Source: a virus (lineage: Duplodnaviria; Caudoviricetes). From it: a stretch of DNA of 44,526 nucleotides. The notes under the pieces were generated by a model, which had not been told where the DNA came from, made no database searches, and was given only the letters and a program-made list of their open reading frames with translations. Position 1 is the stretch's first letter. The number at the start of each line of letters is the position of its first letter. The position numbers were made by a program, and so were the translations under genes. This document shows, one piece after another, positions 26,930-35,677 of this stretch. The stretch spans positions 1 through 44,526 of the IMG/VR virus record IMGVR_UViG_3300006930_000015; one strand, written 5' to 3'.

Positions 26930-27305
26930 ACCACTCCTCTGGAATATTCCTTATCGCATACTTAAATCCATATCGTTCAGCCCAGTCAGACTGTCTCATA
27001 TATGTTCCATCTTTACGTTTAGGTCCGCACTTACCATCTGTATAAAATACTATACGTATGTCTAACTCAGGATGTTGTTTCTTGACTGCAATCATTTTAC
27101 GTTTAGTGTGTCCATCAAATGAACGTCCATTACCCTTAGTTTCAATATATATCTTTTTACCTGACTTAGTAGTTATTTCAAAATCAACCAAGTAATTACC
27201 AGAAACTGTATAAGGTATTTTAGTTTGTTCATATCCAAACTCAACATTATGTTTCTCAATATTACTTGCTGTATCTTTTTCAAACTTATTACGATACTTA
27301 CTCAT
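26922..27305 (-). CDS. T7 endonuclease I-like Holliday junction resolvase
   Basis: YRNKFE, YE..KIPY, Y.VDF, IETKG, KMIAVKKQHPELDIRIVF, WAERYGF. Confidence 0.85.
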   Translation of the reverse strand: MSKYRNKFEKDTASNIEKHNVEFGYEQTKIPYTVSGNYLVDFEITTKSGKKIYIETKGNGRSFDGHTKRKMIAVKKQHPELDIRIVFYTDGKCGPKRKDGTYMRQSDWAERYGFKYAIRNIPEEWYE

Positions 27306-27534
27306 CTAAAGCTCTATGTAATTCATCCATTGAGAGGTCTGCGATATTTCTATTGTTTTCGACCTGCTTAATGGTTTCTTTACTTTTATTTTCATATTTA
27401 GCCTTTCCGCCCATTGATTGTATCTCACGCTTCTTATCATCGTCCATGGCAGCAAGACCTTTCTTTGTCTTAATCCTGCCACCTTTTCTTGATGCAGCCT
27501 CATGCACAATACTAGGCATATCTTGGAATCCCAT
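27298..27534 (-). CDS. KGG-motif (general stress protein-like) small protein
   Basis: GFQDM..EAASRKGG and GLAAMDDDKKREIQSMGGK repeats. Confidence 0.65.
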   Translation of the reverse strand: MGFQDMPSIVHEAASRKGGRIKTKKGLAAMDDDKKREIQSMGGKAKYENKSKETIKQVENNRNIADLSMDELHRALDE

Positions 27535-27959
27535 TATCTTATCTGTTCATCCTTTCTTGAGCCCTGTAAGTCTATAATACGGCTTCTGATTGATTCAATT
27601 AAATCGTGTGTATCTGCAACTATACTTTTAAGTCTGTCATAATATACTTTATAATTTGCATAATTCTTTTTAGCTTCAATATATTCAGGGTCAGTGTTTT
27701 TAGAGTCAATAGCAGCAGTTGAGCCATGTTCGGCTTTCATACGTAAGTAAGCGTTACCTTTAGCTGTTTCCATTTCAATTTCAGCACCCATCATATATTT
27801 CTGTGCAGTTTCTTTTTCGTCAACTAAATAACCTTTCATGGCAGCCAATTTAAGGGCGGTGTAACTCAGAACGTTTCCATTCTGAGCCTTTACCCACCCA
27901 GCGTCAGAGAACTTACTGTTAATATATTGTATATTCTTTAGTAACTCTTCAACTTCCAT
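27534..27959 (-). CDS. helical hypothetical protein (possibly a recombination mediator)
   Basis: All-helical 141 aa between SSB and resolvase. Confidence 0.5.
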   Translation of the reverse strand: MEVEELLKNIQYINSKFSDAGWVKAQNGNVLSYTALKLAAMKGYLVDEKETAQKYMMGAEIEMETAKGNAYLRMKAEHGSTAAIDSKNTDPEYIEAKKNYANYKVYYDRLKSIVADTHDLIESIRSRIIDLQGSRKDEQIR

Positions 27960-27967
27960 ATTATACC

Positions 27968-28408
27968 TTAATAGTCAAGTGATGTTAAGTCTACTGGCTC
28001 ATCATCTTGAGTATCGACATTAGTTTTTTGGGCTGATGACCCACTTTTAGATTCGAGAAAGTTCTCAACTAGAGAGATTAGGTAATCAACCTTAGCTTCT
28101 AGTTCAGAGCCTCCATTAGATTGTTGTTGTGGTCGATATACTTGAGTGCCTTCTTGCGGTCGTTGAGCACGTGTGAATTGTGGCTTACCCCAGTTATTCT
28201 CTGTAATGTCACCATATAATTCATCACCTTTTTTAACTTCATTACCTGGTTTCTTCAATACACTAAACCAACCTTGTACTGGTTGATTTTCTACTTGAAC
28301 CATATACTTATGCATATCTCCACCTGGTGTATTTACTACTTGAGGTGTTTTATCTTCTTTTGATACTGTTGATAAAAATGCTCCGCTTACTTTATATACT
28401 TGTGGCAT
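27968..28408 (-). CDS. putative single-stranded DNA-binding protein
   Basis: Beta-rich N-domain, Gln-rich linker, acidic tail ending in an aromatic residue (DDEPVDLTSLDY). Confidence 0.55.
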   Translation of the reverse strand: MPQVYKVSGAFLSTVSKEDKTPQVVNTPGGDMHKYMVQVENQPVQGWFSVLKKPGNEVKKGDELYGDITENNWGKPQFTRAQRPQEGTQVYRPQQQSNGGSELEAKVDYLISLVENFLESKSGSSAQKTNVDTQDDEPVDLTSLDY

Positions 28409-28845
28409 TATTTAATCTCCTTTACTTTAATAATATTTTCAAATGAACTAAAAAATCCGTTACGGAATCCAATGGTATCAACTACTATTGTTTTACCTTT
28501 TGCTGACTTAACCTTGTTATACACATTAGAACTATCAAAATATGCTTTCATAAAATTATCTGATATTTCATAGTTAGAACCATCTTCGCAGTACACACGT
28601 GAACTATCAGTTGACTGTTCTAATTCATTAACCTTTTGCACTTCTGCTACTTTACATTCACGAACATGTGATGTGTTAGCATAATTAACACTATAAGCAA
28701 AATAAAACCAACCAATACTCAATACTGTAATTGCTATAAGCGACATACCGATACCCGTTTCAATATCCTCTGAGAATGCAGCTATTGTTGCTAAAACTGC
28801 GATAATACTAAACATCACTAAACATACTAATAGAATAATAAGCAT
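28408..28845 (-). CDS. membrane protein
   Basis: Two N-terminal TM helices; C-terminal G.R..FFS.FENII motif seen in phage membrane proteins. Confidence 0.65.
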   Translation of the reverse strand: MLIILLVCLVMFSIIAVLATIAAFSEDIETGIGMSLIAITVLSIGWFYFAYSVNYANTSHVRECKVAEVQKVNELEQSTDSSRVYCEDGSNYEISDNFMKAYFDSSNVYNKVKSAKGKTIVVDTIGFRNGFFSSFENIIKVKEIK

Positions 28846-29327
28846 TATTTTTTACCTTTCTTAGTTATTTTTTTGACTACCTTTTTAGCTTCTACTTTAG
28901 CTGATTCCTCTGGTTTAACTTTTACATCAATTCCTAAGTATTCAATAATGGCATCAACTTTACCTGCTAATGTAGCTTCTTTTTGTACCGTATCATACCA
29001 TGAAAAATCTATCTCTTTATATTTCTCAAACACTTCTTTATTTAATTTATTAATAGACGATGATACGCCATTACATGCTATCTCTGCCAATTGTATATCA
29101 TGTTCCATAATTAGATTAGCTGTATGTTTCTGTAACTCATTGAAGTCTTTTTGTAGTTTGCGTAAATCACTAACTACTCCATTGTGTGCAAGTTCTTTTT
29201 CAAGTGCATTGAAACGGTCAAATAATTCAATATATGCTTTACGTAGTAAATTATCACTATCAATTAGACAATCAATATCTGAACCAACTTCATCAAAACT
29301 ATTTTCAACTTCTTTTCTTAATCCCAT
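28845..29327 (-). CDS. hypothetical coiled-coil protein
   Basis: AGGAG RBS; internal ELA.NGV.S repeat. Confidence 0.55.
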   Translation of the reverse strand: MGLRKEVENSFDEVGSDIDCLIDSDNLLRKAYIELFDRFNALEKELAHNGVVSDLRKLQKDFNELQKHTANLIMEHDIQLAEIACNGVSSSINKLNKEVFEKYKEIDFSWYDTVQKEATLAGKVDAIIEYLGIDVKVKPEESAKVEAKKVVKKITKKGKK

Positions 29328-29392
29328 ATTAACTCCTGTTACTTAATTCTTCTTTTAATAAATTTATTATTTCTTCTGGATTCTCGTATTCG

Positions 29393-30598
29393 TTATCCAT
29401 TTATAATCACTTCACTAATATCTATTACTTCATGACTGAACTCTTCCCAAGGGCTTTCTCCTTTAACTAATTTATTTGGATTCAACCAGTAAATGTCAAG
29501 TCCTTCAACTTTCCATCCTAATTGTTCAAGTATGAAAGCATAGAAACTAAGTTGTAGCCAGTGCAAATCTAGCAATTCATTACCTAACTTACTCTTAAAT
29601 GGACTGTCGGATAGTTGATATTTCTTATCGTGTATATCACCATCTGTCTTAAAGTCTTGAATACGTACAATCTTTTTCTTGCGGTCAATAACTTTTATGC
29701 GGTCGATAGAACCACATAACTTAAAAGCATCTAACCATACAAATGTCTCTGTAATACGTTCGTAATCTCCACCGAATTGTTCGTGAAAACTCTCTACTAT
29801 GTACTTAATAAATGGATTTTTACTAAGTGCTTTATTTGGTCCGTAATATGTTGGTTTAGTTTTATATTCCTTCACCTCTTTTAGTTTGTCGCCTAATTGG
29901 TAGTTTTTATCAAAGTTCTCCATAGCTGCGTGTATTGCAGTTCCATATCCAGTAGACGCTTCATTGTTAAGTTTCCACATTGCGGATACTTCGTCAGCAG
30001 TAACTCCATACTTATCAACCATTCCTTGTAGCCTACCGTCTTTATCAAACGGTTGGTAGAATTGGTCAGGGAATTTACTACCACTCAAGTAACCTTCAAG
30101 ACGCTTATGACCATGCACAACGTTTAATTCGATTGATTCACCTGTGAGTGGAGATACGTATGTCTCTGTGTCTTTTTCTACTTCTGGTGTTTTACCAGTA
30201 AGAGATTTAAGTAAGTGTGATAATACTTTAACAGTATCACCTTTAGTTACTACTGGTTCTTTAGGTACATCTGCTAACTTATATTCAAGTGATATATTAA
30301 CACCATAGCTTTTACCTTGTCCACCTGTAATTGTACCGATAGATATATAAACACTCTCTCCAGCGTCTAACGCCTCGCTAATGTCTTTGTTTTTATCTTT
30401 TGCGATGTAACCGATAGGCAACCATTCATCATTTTTATATACATCAACTGCAACTGCTCGTGGGTCATATTCGTTATCTTTTTCCCTACGCACACGCAAT
30501 GGCTCTTTGCCACGTAATGTAGCGATTACTTCTTGCCGTCCTTCAAATGTTACTCCGACTAACTTGCTATAATATATAGCTGTATTTTTATCGTTCAT
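29393..30598 (-). CDS. HIRAN domain + PD-(D/E)XK exonuclease fusion
   Basis: N-term VGVTFEGRQ..RE.DNEYDPRAVAV..IGYI; C-term GTAIH, GSIDR, IQDFKT, LQLSFYA. Confidence 0.8.
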   Translation of the reverse strand: MNDKNTAIYYSKLVGVTFEGRQEVIATLRGKEPLRVRREKDNEYDPRAVAVDVYKNDEWLPIGYIAKDKNKDISEALDAGESVYISIGTITGGQGKSYGVNISLEYKLADVPKEPVVTKGDTVKVLSHLLKSLTGKTPEVEKDTETYVSPLTGESIELNVVHGHKRLEGYLSGSKFPDQFYQPFDKDGRLQGMVDKYGVTADEVSAMWKLNNEASTGYGTAIHAAMENFDKNYQLGDKLKEVKEYKTKPTYYGPNKALSKNPFIKYIVESFHEQFGGDYERITETFVWLDAFKLCGSIDRIKVIDRKKKIVRIQDFKTDGDIHDKKYQLSDSPFKSKLGNELLDLHWLQLSFYAFILEQLGWKVEGLDIYWLNPNKLVKGESPWEEFSHEVIDISEVIING

Positions 30599-30621
30599 TT
30601 AATCTCCTTTATTATGTATCT

Positions 30622-30685
30622 ATCTTATCACACATAATCGTAAATGTCAATACTTTTATGTAATAATGTGTTGTAGAATTTACAA
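30622..30685 (-). promoter_or_regulatory. sigma70 promoter with upstream palindromic box
   Basis: TTGACA(30650-30645)-N17-TAAGAT, extended TG; TTGTAGAATTTACAA at 30671-30685. Confidence 0.8.
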
Positions 30686-30700
30686 ATAACCAATATACTA

Positions 30701-30729
30701 TTGACAAACTAATTAAAGTATGTTATAGT
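30701..30729 (+). promoter_or_regulatory. rightward promoter for sRNA
   Basis: TTGACA-N17-TATAGT with TG; same class as 10534 and 39700. Confidence 0.8.
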
Positions 30730-30735
30730 TATTAG

Positions 30736-30856
30736 TGTAGAGGTTATTTTGTCGTTACTCTACAAACTTTCCCAGCAATGGGACTCCTTCCCTCCACAAA
30801 ACCCATTTAGTTGGGTTATAAACACTTCCCTTTCAACCCTAGGGAGGTGTTTTTTT
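30736..30856 (+). ncRNA. putative ~120-nt small RNA
   Basis: Bounded by promoter and terminator; three hairpins plus terminator; no ORF contained. Confidence 0.65.
30820..30856. terminator. bidirectional terminator
   Basis: AAACACTTCCCT / AGGGAGGTGTTT stem followed by T-tract; sits at the helicase stop. Confidence 0.8.
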
Positions 30857-32078
30857 ATTTTATGCTATGTGATTTATCACGCAACCTTGCGTCTATCTGT
30901 TGTGCCTCGTGTGAAACCATTAACGAACGTTGATTGATTCCCTTGAGATACAAATTATCTAGGTTCTTTACCCTCGATAGTCCGACATAGCCCATCCCAG
31001 ATACAAATGCCTTAGATAGGTCTATTTCTGCTGCATCTAATGTCATACCTTGGCTCTTATGCACTGTAATGGCGTAAGCAAGCCTTAATGGGATTTGTGT
31101 TATTGCTGCGATAGTTCGTTCACCTGACTTAAGTTCCCACTCATCAGGATATATAACTACTGGATATTTAAAATCCACAATAGGGAATCCTTCATCTGTA
31201 AAATCTATTACACTTCCTATACTACCATTTGCATACCTACCTTGTGGGTCATTCTTAACCGCCATAACCAAAGCTCCAAGCTTTAATTCAAGTATTTCAG
31301 GTGCTAATACATTCTTTTGTAAATTAACAATGGCTTCCCACTTACCTCGGCTAGTCCTCATATAAAAGTGGCTATTACCGCTTATCTTTTCTAGTTCTTT
31401 TACATTTATCTCATCTACATCTGAATTAGTTGTGTATAGTCTAGTAATGTCGCCAACTGGATTTATCTGCATACGTGATAGTAACCAGTCTAAATGTCTT
31501 TGCCTTAAAGTACCTAAACGCATTGCATTAAGTATTTCTTGCAACCTTAAATCTTCTGCCCTGTGCTGTTCCTCTAAATAACATACTGATAAATCTAACT
31601 TATCCCATACTTTAGAGTTAGTTATAAACTTACCGTTGCCACCTTGCTGCACTGGTGGGAGTTGAAAAAAATCACCACATAATATTACTTGAATACCTCC
31701 CATAGGCTCATCATTTTCTCTTATAAGTCGCATGGCTTCATCTAACATATCCAGGTTGTAATCGTGCATCATTGATACTTCATCTATAATTAGTATGTCA
31801 GTTTTAATTATGGCTTTTTTTCTTACTGCCGACATCATATAAATATAATCATCATGTAATTTACTGCCTAAACCTATACCAGACCAACTATGTAATGTTT
31901 GACCACCGATATGTGCTGCTGCAAGTCCTGTGGTTGCCGTAACTACTACTTTTTTACGTTTACTCTTTACTTTACTTATAAACTTATTTAACAAGTAACT
32001 CTTACCACTACCTGCTGGACCAGTGAGCATAATATTATCACCACGCAACATTATTTCTAATGCTTTATCTTGGTTCAT
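30855..32078 (-). CDS. PIF1-family SF1B helicase
   Basis: LTGPAGSGKS, TATTGLAA, LHSWSGIG, IIDEVSM, GDFFQLPPV, NGSIG, QIPLRLAYAITVHKSQGMTLD, YVGLSRV. Confidence 0.92.
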   Translation of the reverse strand: MNQDKALEIMLRGDNIMLTGPAGSGKSYLLNKFISKVKSKRKKVVVTATTGLAAAHIGGQTLHSWSGIGLGSKLHDDYIYMMSAVRKKAIIKTDILIIDEVSMMHDYNLDMLDEAMRLIRENDEPMGGIQVILCGDFFQLPPVQQGGNGKFITNSKVWDKLDLSVCYLEEQHRAEDLRLQEILNAMRLGTLRQRHLDWLLSRMQINPVGDITRLYTTNSDVDEINVKELEKISGNSHFYMRTSRGKWEAIVNLQKNVLAPEILELKLGALVMAVKNDPQGRYANGSIGSVIDFTDEGFPIVDFKYPVVIYPDEWELKSGERTIAAITQIPLRLAYAITVHKSQGMTLDAAEIDLSKAFVSGMGYVGLSRVKNLDNLYLKGINQRSLMVSHEAQQIDARLRDKSHSIK

Positions 32079-32120
32079 AAAATGAATCTCTCAAAAAATA
32101 GTATATTTTTCCTTGGTTCA

Positions 32121-32285
32121 CTAAAAATCTCCTTGCCAACTTTCAACTACGCCAACTAGAGCATTTACCATTCTTTGATATTGTTCTGTTATAATTTCAT
32201 CTTCAACAACACCAATTCTCATATTACCGTTGTCATCGTAGAAAATACCTGAATTAATTAGAGCTTCTTTAATATCATCTTCCAT
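32121..32285 (-). CDS. hypothetical protein (54 aa, not in ORF track)
   Basis: MEDDIKEALINSG...; AGGAG RBS, TAATG overlap. Confidence 0.5.
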   Translation of the reverse strand: MEDDIKEALINSGIFYDDNGNMRIGVVEDEIITEQYQRMVNALVGVVESWQGDF

Positions 32286-32572
32286 TATAATACTCCTGCT
32301 TTCTTTTTACGTCTCTTAGCTTGCCATGCTGCATTAGCCCATGGTGGTTTACCGACTGATTTTGTTTCAGGCAGTAATCTTCGTGCCTTTTCTTTTACTA
32401 TGTCAATGTAACCTGGTGTAGTCCTATCATCTTCTGATACTGCAAAGTGTATGACTTTAAGTCCTTCACTCTCAATTACCTCAGGAGGCTTTACAAGGTT
32501 CTCTAAGCCATGTATTACACCAAACACGTCAACTTGTCCATCTTTAACTAATTGTCGCTTTCCTCTTGGCAT
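32285..32572 (-). CDS. hypothetical protein
   Basis: Coupled ORF. Confidence 0.55.
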   Translation of the reverse strand: MPRGKRQLVKDGQVDVFGVIHGLENLVKPPEVIESEGLKVIHFAVSEDDRTTPGYIDIVKEKARRLLPETKSVGKPPWANAAWQAKRRKKKAGVL

Positions 32573-32751
32573 TCATACTCCATACACTCGTAAATTAAAT
32601 TTTCAATTAAACTATCAACTTTATTTTTATGTTTTTCCGTAAGTAGTTCCTTAAGCAAAACTAATCGTCCGATTACTATTTCATAATCTTTAGTTTCCAT
32701 TTTTACCACCAATTTTATTAATCTCATCCTTTCGGTACTTAACATAATCAT
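32548..32751 (-). CDS. hypothetical protein (start probably internal METKD)
   Basis: Packed ORF. Confidence 0.45.
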   Translation of the reverse strand: MIMLSTERMRLIKLVVKMETKDYEIVIGRLVLLKELLTEKHKNKVDSLIENLIYECMEYECQEESDN

Positions 32752-32932
32752 TGCTTAACATACCATCAGGGTCGCAGGCAGCAGCATAATCAGCCAGTCT
32801 TAGCTCGTCAAGACGTGCTTCATTAACAGTCTTTGATATTAGAGTGATTAGTTGTTGCTTAGTTGTTGCTGGTAACTTTACTGGAACTCCATGAAGAAAT
32901 TCGACTTCAATTTTATCTAGTTCTTTATCCAT
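32690..32932 (-). CDS. hypothetical protein
   Basis: EARLDEL motif; AAGGAG RBS. Confidence 0.55.
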   Translation of the reverse strand: MDKELDKIEVEFLHGVPVKLPATTKQQLITLISKTVNEARLDELRLADYAAACDPDGMLSNDYVKYRKDEINKIGGKNGN

Positions 32933-33183
32933 TACAACTCCTTAGCTTCTAATTTGTGCAGTCTATCTCTTATTGTCTGCTCGACTATATGCGATATTTC
33001 TCCACTGACCATCTGTAGCCTTGAATTAACCATATCAAGAGCCATCTTATCTTTGTCATCTCGTGGCATAAATTGTGGCTTAAATTCTACTTTTACATAA
33101 CAGTTTATATCGCCAAATATTTGGGTTTTCATATACTGTTTTATTTCACCAGATACTTCAAAGCTATTAAAAATATCATCCAT
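32932..33183 (-). CDS. hypothetical protein
   Basis: TAATG coupling, GGAGG RBS. Confidence 0.55.
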   Translation of the reverse strand: MDDIFNSFEVSGEIKQYMKTQIFGDINCYVKVEFKPQFMPRDDKDKMALDMVNSRLQMVSGEISHIVEQTIRDRLHKLEAKEL

Positions 33184-33578
33184 TACTTTCCTCCTCCATC
33201 AAAGTTACCGAGATTATTTTCGGTAGGCTGGTTAAGTTTATCTAGTTGGCGTTCAAGATTATTAATTTCATCTTCAATAGAATTTTGTAAATTAAACACA
33301 TATTCACTATTTGTTGTTTCGCCATCAATTTTTGTATAAATATGCTTTAATACACTAATTTTAGTCTCTAGCCGTTCTTTGGCAATTAACTGCTCAATTA
33401 AATCAACGTGCATATCAGCAGGGAAATGTGGTCCAGAACGAGCATATTGTATGATATGACGTAATTTCATATCATTCGTGGTGTAATTATTCAATAAGTC
33501 AATATGAGCAGACCATTCTTTGTCTTCTGGTGCTATGTTATTGAATTGGGTTTTTCCTATTGTATTATTACTAGACAT
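33183..33578 (-). CDS. hypothetical protein
   Basis: TAATG coupling. Confidence 0.55.
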   Translation of the reverse strand: MSSNNTIGKTQFNNIAPEDKEWSAHIDLLNNYTTNDMKLRHIIQYARSGPHFPADMHVDLIEQLIAKERLETKISVLKHIYTKIDGETTNSEYVFNLQNSIEDEINNLERQLDKLNQPTENNLGNFDGGGK

Positions 33579-33814
33579 TATTCAACCTTCTCTATTTCTA
33601 CTACGTAATTATCATAAAATATTTTTGCGTGTAAATAGCTTAATTTTGCAATAATACCGTAACTCTTAAACTTTTTTATATATCGTAATCTTTCATCTGA
33701 ACCAATCCACCAATTATCACTGCTGTTCCATGCTCTAATAACGATTAGACATTCTGACGTTTTACTCATTGCCATCATCCTGCAAGACAGCTTTTCTAGC
33801 TTCGTCCATAGCAA
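33578..33814 (-). CDS. hypothetical protein (start uncertain)
   Basis: Packed ORF. Confidence 0.45.
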   Translation of the reverse strand: MLWTKLEKLSCRMMAMSKTSECLIVIRAWNSSDNWWIGSDERLRYIKKFKSYGIIAKLSYLHAKIFYDNYVVEIEKVE

Positions 33815-34241
33815 TACATATTTCCTGGGATGTTTGCATACTTTTTTTATCGGAGTCTTTTATATGTAACCATTCAAGCTCTAGCTTGCGGGCTTTGGCT
33901 ACTAGCTCGGCAGTGGCTTGAGTGCGGTAATAATTGTTTGTGTTGTATAATATCTCGTAACGGTTCGCAAGATAAAAATCATGTAATTCTATAACATCGC
34001 CATTTTCATTTATTGACCAGAATACGCCTTGATTTTCTGCTCGCCAATGTTTAGGCTCTGGGGTATATGGTTCGATGAAACCTTTTTCTATCCATATAGG
34101 TCTAACATCATCATGTGTAAACGTTTCCCCAACTGCGTAATAATCGCCACTAAATCCTATATGTTCTTTCAATACTTTATAGTGTGTCATCTTTTTTATC
34201 ATCTCCAATTTGGTAGTTAGATTCAATTTTATCGCTTTCAT
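33762..34241 (-). CDS. hypothetical phage protein
   Basis: PKHWRA..FWSI..NYYRT..AE motif common in phage early proteins. Confidence 0.55.
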   Translation of the reverse strand: MKAIKLNLTTKLEMIKKMTHYKVLKEHIGFSGDYYAVGETFTHDDVRPIWIEKGFIEPYTPEPKHWRAENQGVFWSINENGDVIELHDFYLANRYEILYNTNNYYRTQATAELVAKARKLELEWLHIKDSDKKSMQTSQEICIAMDEARKAVLQDDGNE

Positions 34242-34384
34242 TTACTAACCTACCGCCAACTCCCCATCCTGATTCTTGCATAGCTATTAGTGCTTTTACC
34301 AATTCATCGTTCATTTTCTTTTACTCCAATCTATCTATAATGTCGTTAAATTCTTGCTCTTCTTGCTGGTCGGTATCACAAATG

Positions 34385-34612
34385 TTAAACATCGTTACCC
34401 CTCATTTTATCTTCTAACTCACTAACCCATTTTACTTCTTTATCACCTTCAATTTTCCATAAGTCTACAAAGTTATCACCATTTGGTGAACTTGCAATAC
34501 CTATATATGGAAAATGTGTAAAGTTTGTCAATGCTTGAAAAAATCTTTCATCTGTATCTTTTTGTAAGTACTTAATAAATGCTTCTTTAATTTTATTATC
34601 CCTCATTTTCAA
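34385..34612 (-). CDS. hypothetical protein
   Basis: F..YL...ERFFQAL motif. Confidence 0.55.
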   Translation of the reverse strand: MKMRDNKIKEAFIKYLQKDTDERFFQALTNFTHFPYIGIASSPNGDNFVDLWKIEGDKEVKWVSELEDKMRGNDV

Positions 34613-35006
34613 CCTCTGATTTTAATTTGTTAAGTAATTCAATTAGATTATCAATCTCATTAAACTTAATTTTACCAGTTTTACTACCATTACGTTGGAT
34701 TGATATATTTTCTTTTTTAGTGTTGGTAGTATGTTGTATAGATAATCCAGATTTTTTACCAATCTTTATAATTGTTTGCTTAACTACATCACATATGTTA
34801 TTGTTGTTTTCATCACAAAACATTTCATCAGTCCAATTATATATATCGCCTTCTATTGTATATCCGAAATGGTCTGCATTTTCAATTGTTACTACCTTGC
34901 CTCTTAAATCAACCATAGTATCAACGAATGATAAACCACCGTATACACTACCTTCAGTCATGTCATTACGCACTGTTACTTTATCACCTACTTTATATTT
35001 TGTCAT
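34596..35006 (-). CDS. hypothetical phage protein (SH3-like N-domain)
   Basis: KYKVGDKV.VR..GKVVTI..WTDEMF; AAGGAG RBS. Confidence 0.65.
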   Translation of the reverse strand: MTKYKVGDKVTVRNDMTEGSVYGGLSFVDTMVDLRGKVVTIENADHFGYTIEGDIYNWTDEMFCDENNNNICDVVKQTIIKIGKKSGLSIQHTTNTKKENISIQRNGSKTGKIKFNEIDNLIELLNKLKSEVENEG

Positions 35007-35035
35007 TGTCTTAACTCCTTATTATAATTATTTTT

Positions 35036-35357
35036 GGGCATAAAGGGGTTTTATCCCTCTGGTAAACCAGGGAACTAGACCAATTCAACCACATATTCTC
35101 CAAACGTACCGCAAGCTGCAACCAACACATCGCAGAACCTATACAGGTTATCCCGCCTTACGGTTATTTCAAAAGGTTTGCCTTTTACTACTTCGCTGGG
35201 TTATTTCACCAGATGGTGTACCAGAGTCCTCGTTGTCAACCCCTAGAGACAGAGCGAGAATTTTCCTTGAAGTACAGGACTTTGTTGTATGAGTTTTACA
35301 ATGGGTCATACTTACACCCACAATATGTTTGATGTCGTTAAGATATTTCCTAACGTT
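35036..35357 (-). ncRNA. putative large structured RNA or 5' leader
   Basis: ORF-free, visibly GC-richer, directly after a consensus promoter; many helices including a long-range 8-bp stem and 7-nt loop-loop complementarity. Confidence 0.65.
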
Positions 35358-35363
35358 ATGTCC

Positions 35364-35427
35364 ATCATATCACACTATTTCTAAATTGTCAATAGGTTTT
35401 TTAAATAAAATGTTGTGAAATAGTCAA
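35364..35427 (-). promoter_or_regulatory. sigma70 promoter with upstream palindromic box
   Basis: TTGACA(35392-35387)-N17-TATGAT, extended TG; TTGTGAAATAGTCAA at 35413-35427. Confidence 0.8.
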
Positions 35428-35431
35428 CACC

Positions 35432-35677
35432 CTATAATTCTGCTGCGATTTTATTCCAATCTCGGCTATTTAATACGTCTAACTCTACAATAAACACCTC
35501 ACCAATTTCGTCATTGTTATCTTTTGCGTAGTTATACACCAAAGATTTGATTTCTTTTCCTGTCTTACCTGACATTGTACTGTACAACTTACTTGAATTA
35601 TTAATTGTGTATAACACCTCGGCTATAATTTGCCTTCGCATATCTCTAATGTCCTCGTCAAAACTGCTCATTATCAC
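35432..35677 (-). CDS. hypothetical protein
   Basis: AAGGAG RBS. Confidence 0.55.
   Translation of the reverse strand: MIMSSFDEDIRDMRRQIIAEVLYTINNSSKLYSTMSGKTGKEIKSLVYNYAKDNNDEIGEVFIVELDVLNSRDWNKIAAEL

Noticed and set aside
30749-30937. 62-aa + strand ORF
   Set aside because: TTG start, runs through a strong terminator and antisense into the helicase; an sRNA explains the unit better
35160-35190. c-di-GMP-I riboswitch (GGCAAACC..GAAA)
   Set aside because: The GAAA is not closed by a paired stem and the GACGCAAA/P2 elements are missing
35036-35290. RNase P RNA (AAAGTCC near the 5' part)
   Set aside because: No GAGGAA context and no complementary P4 3' strand found
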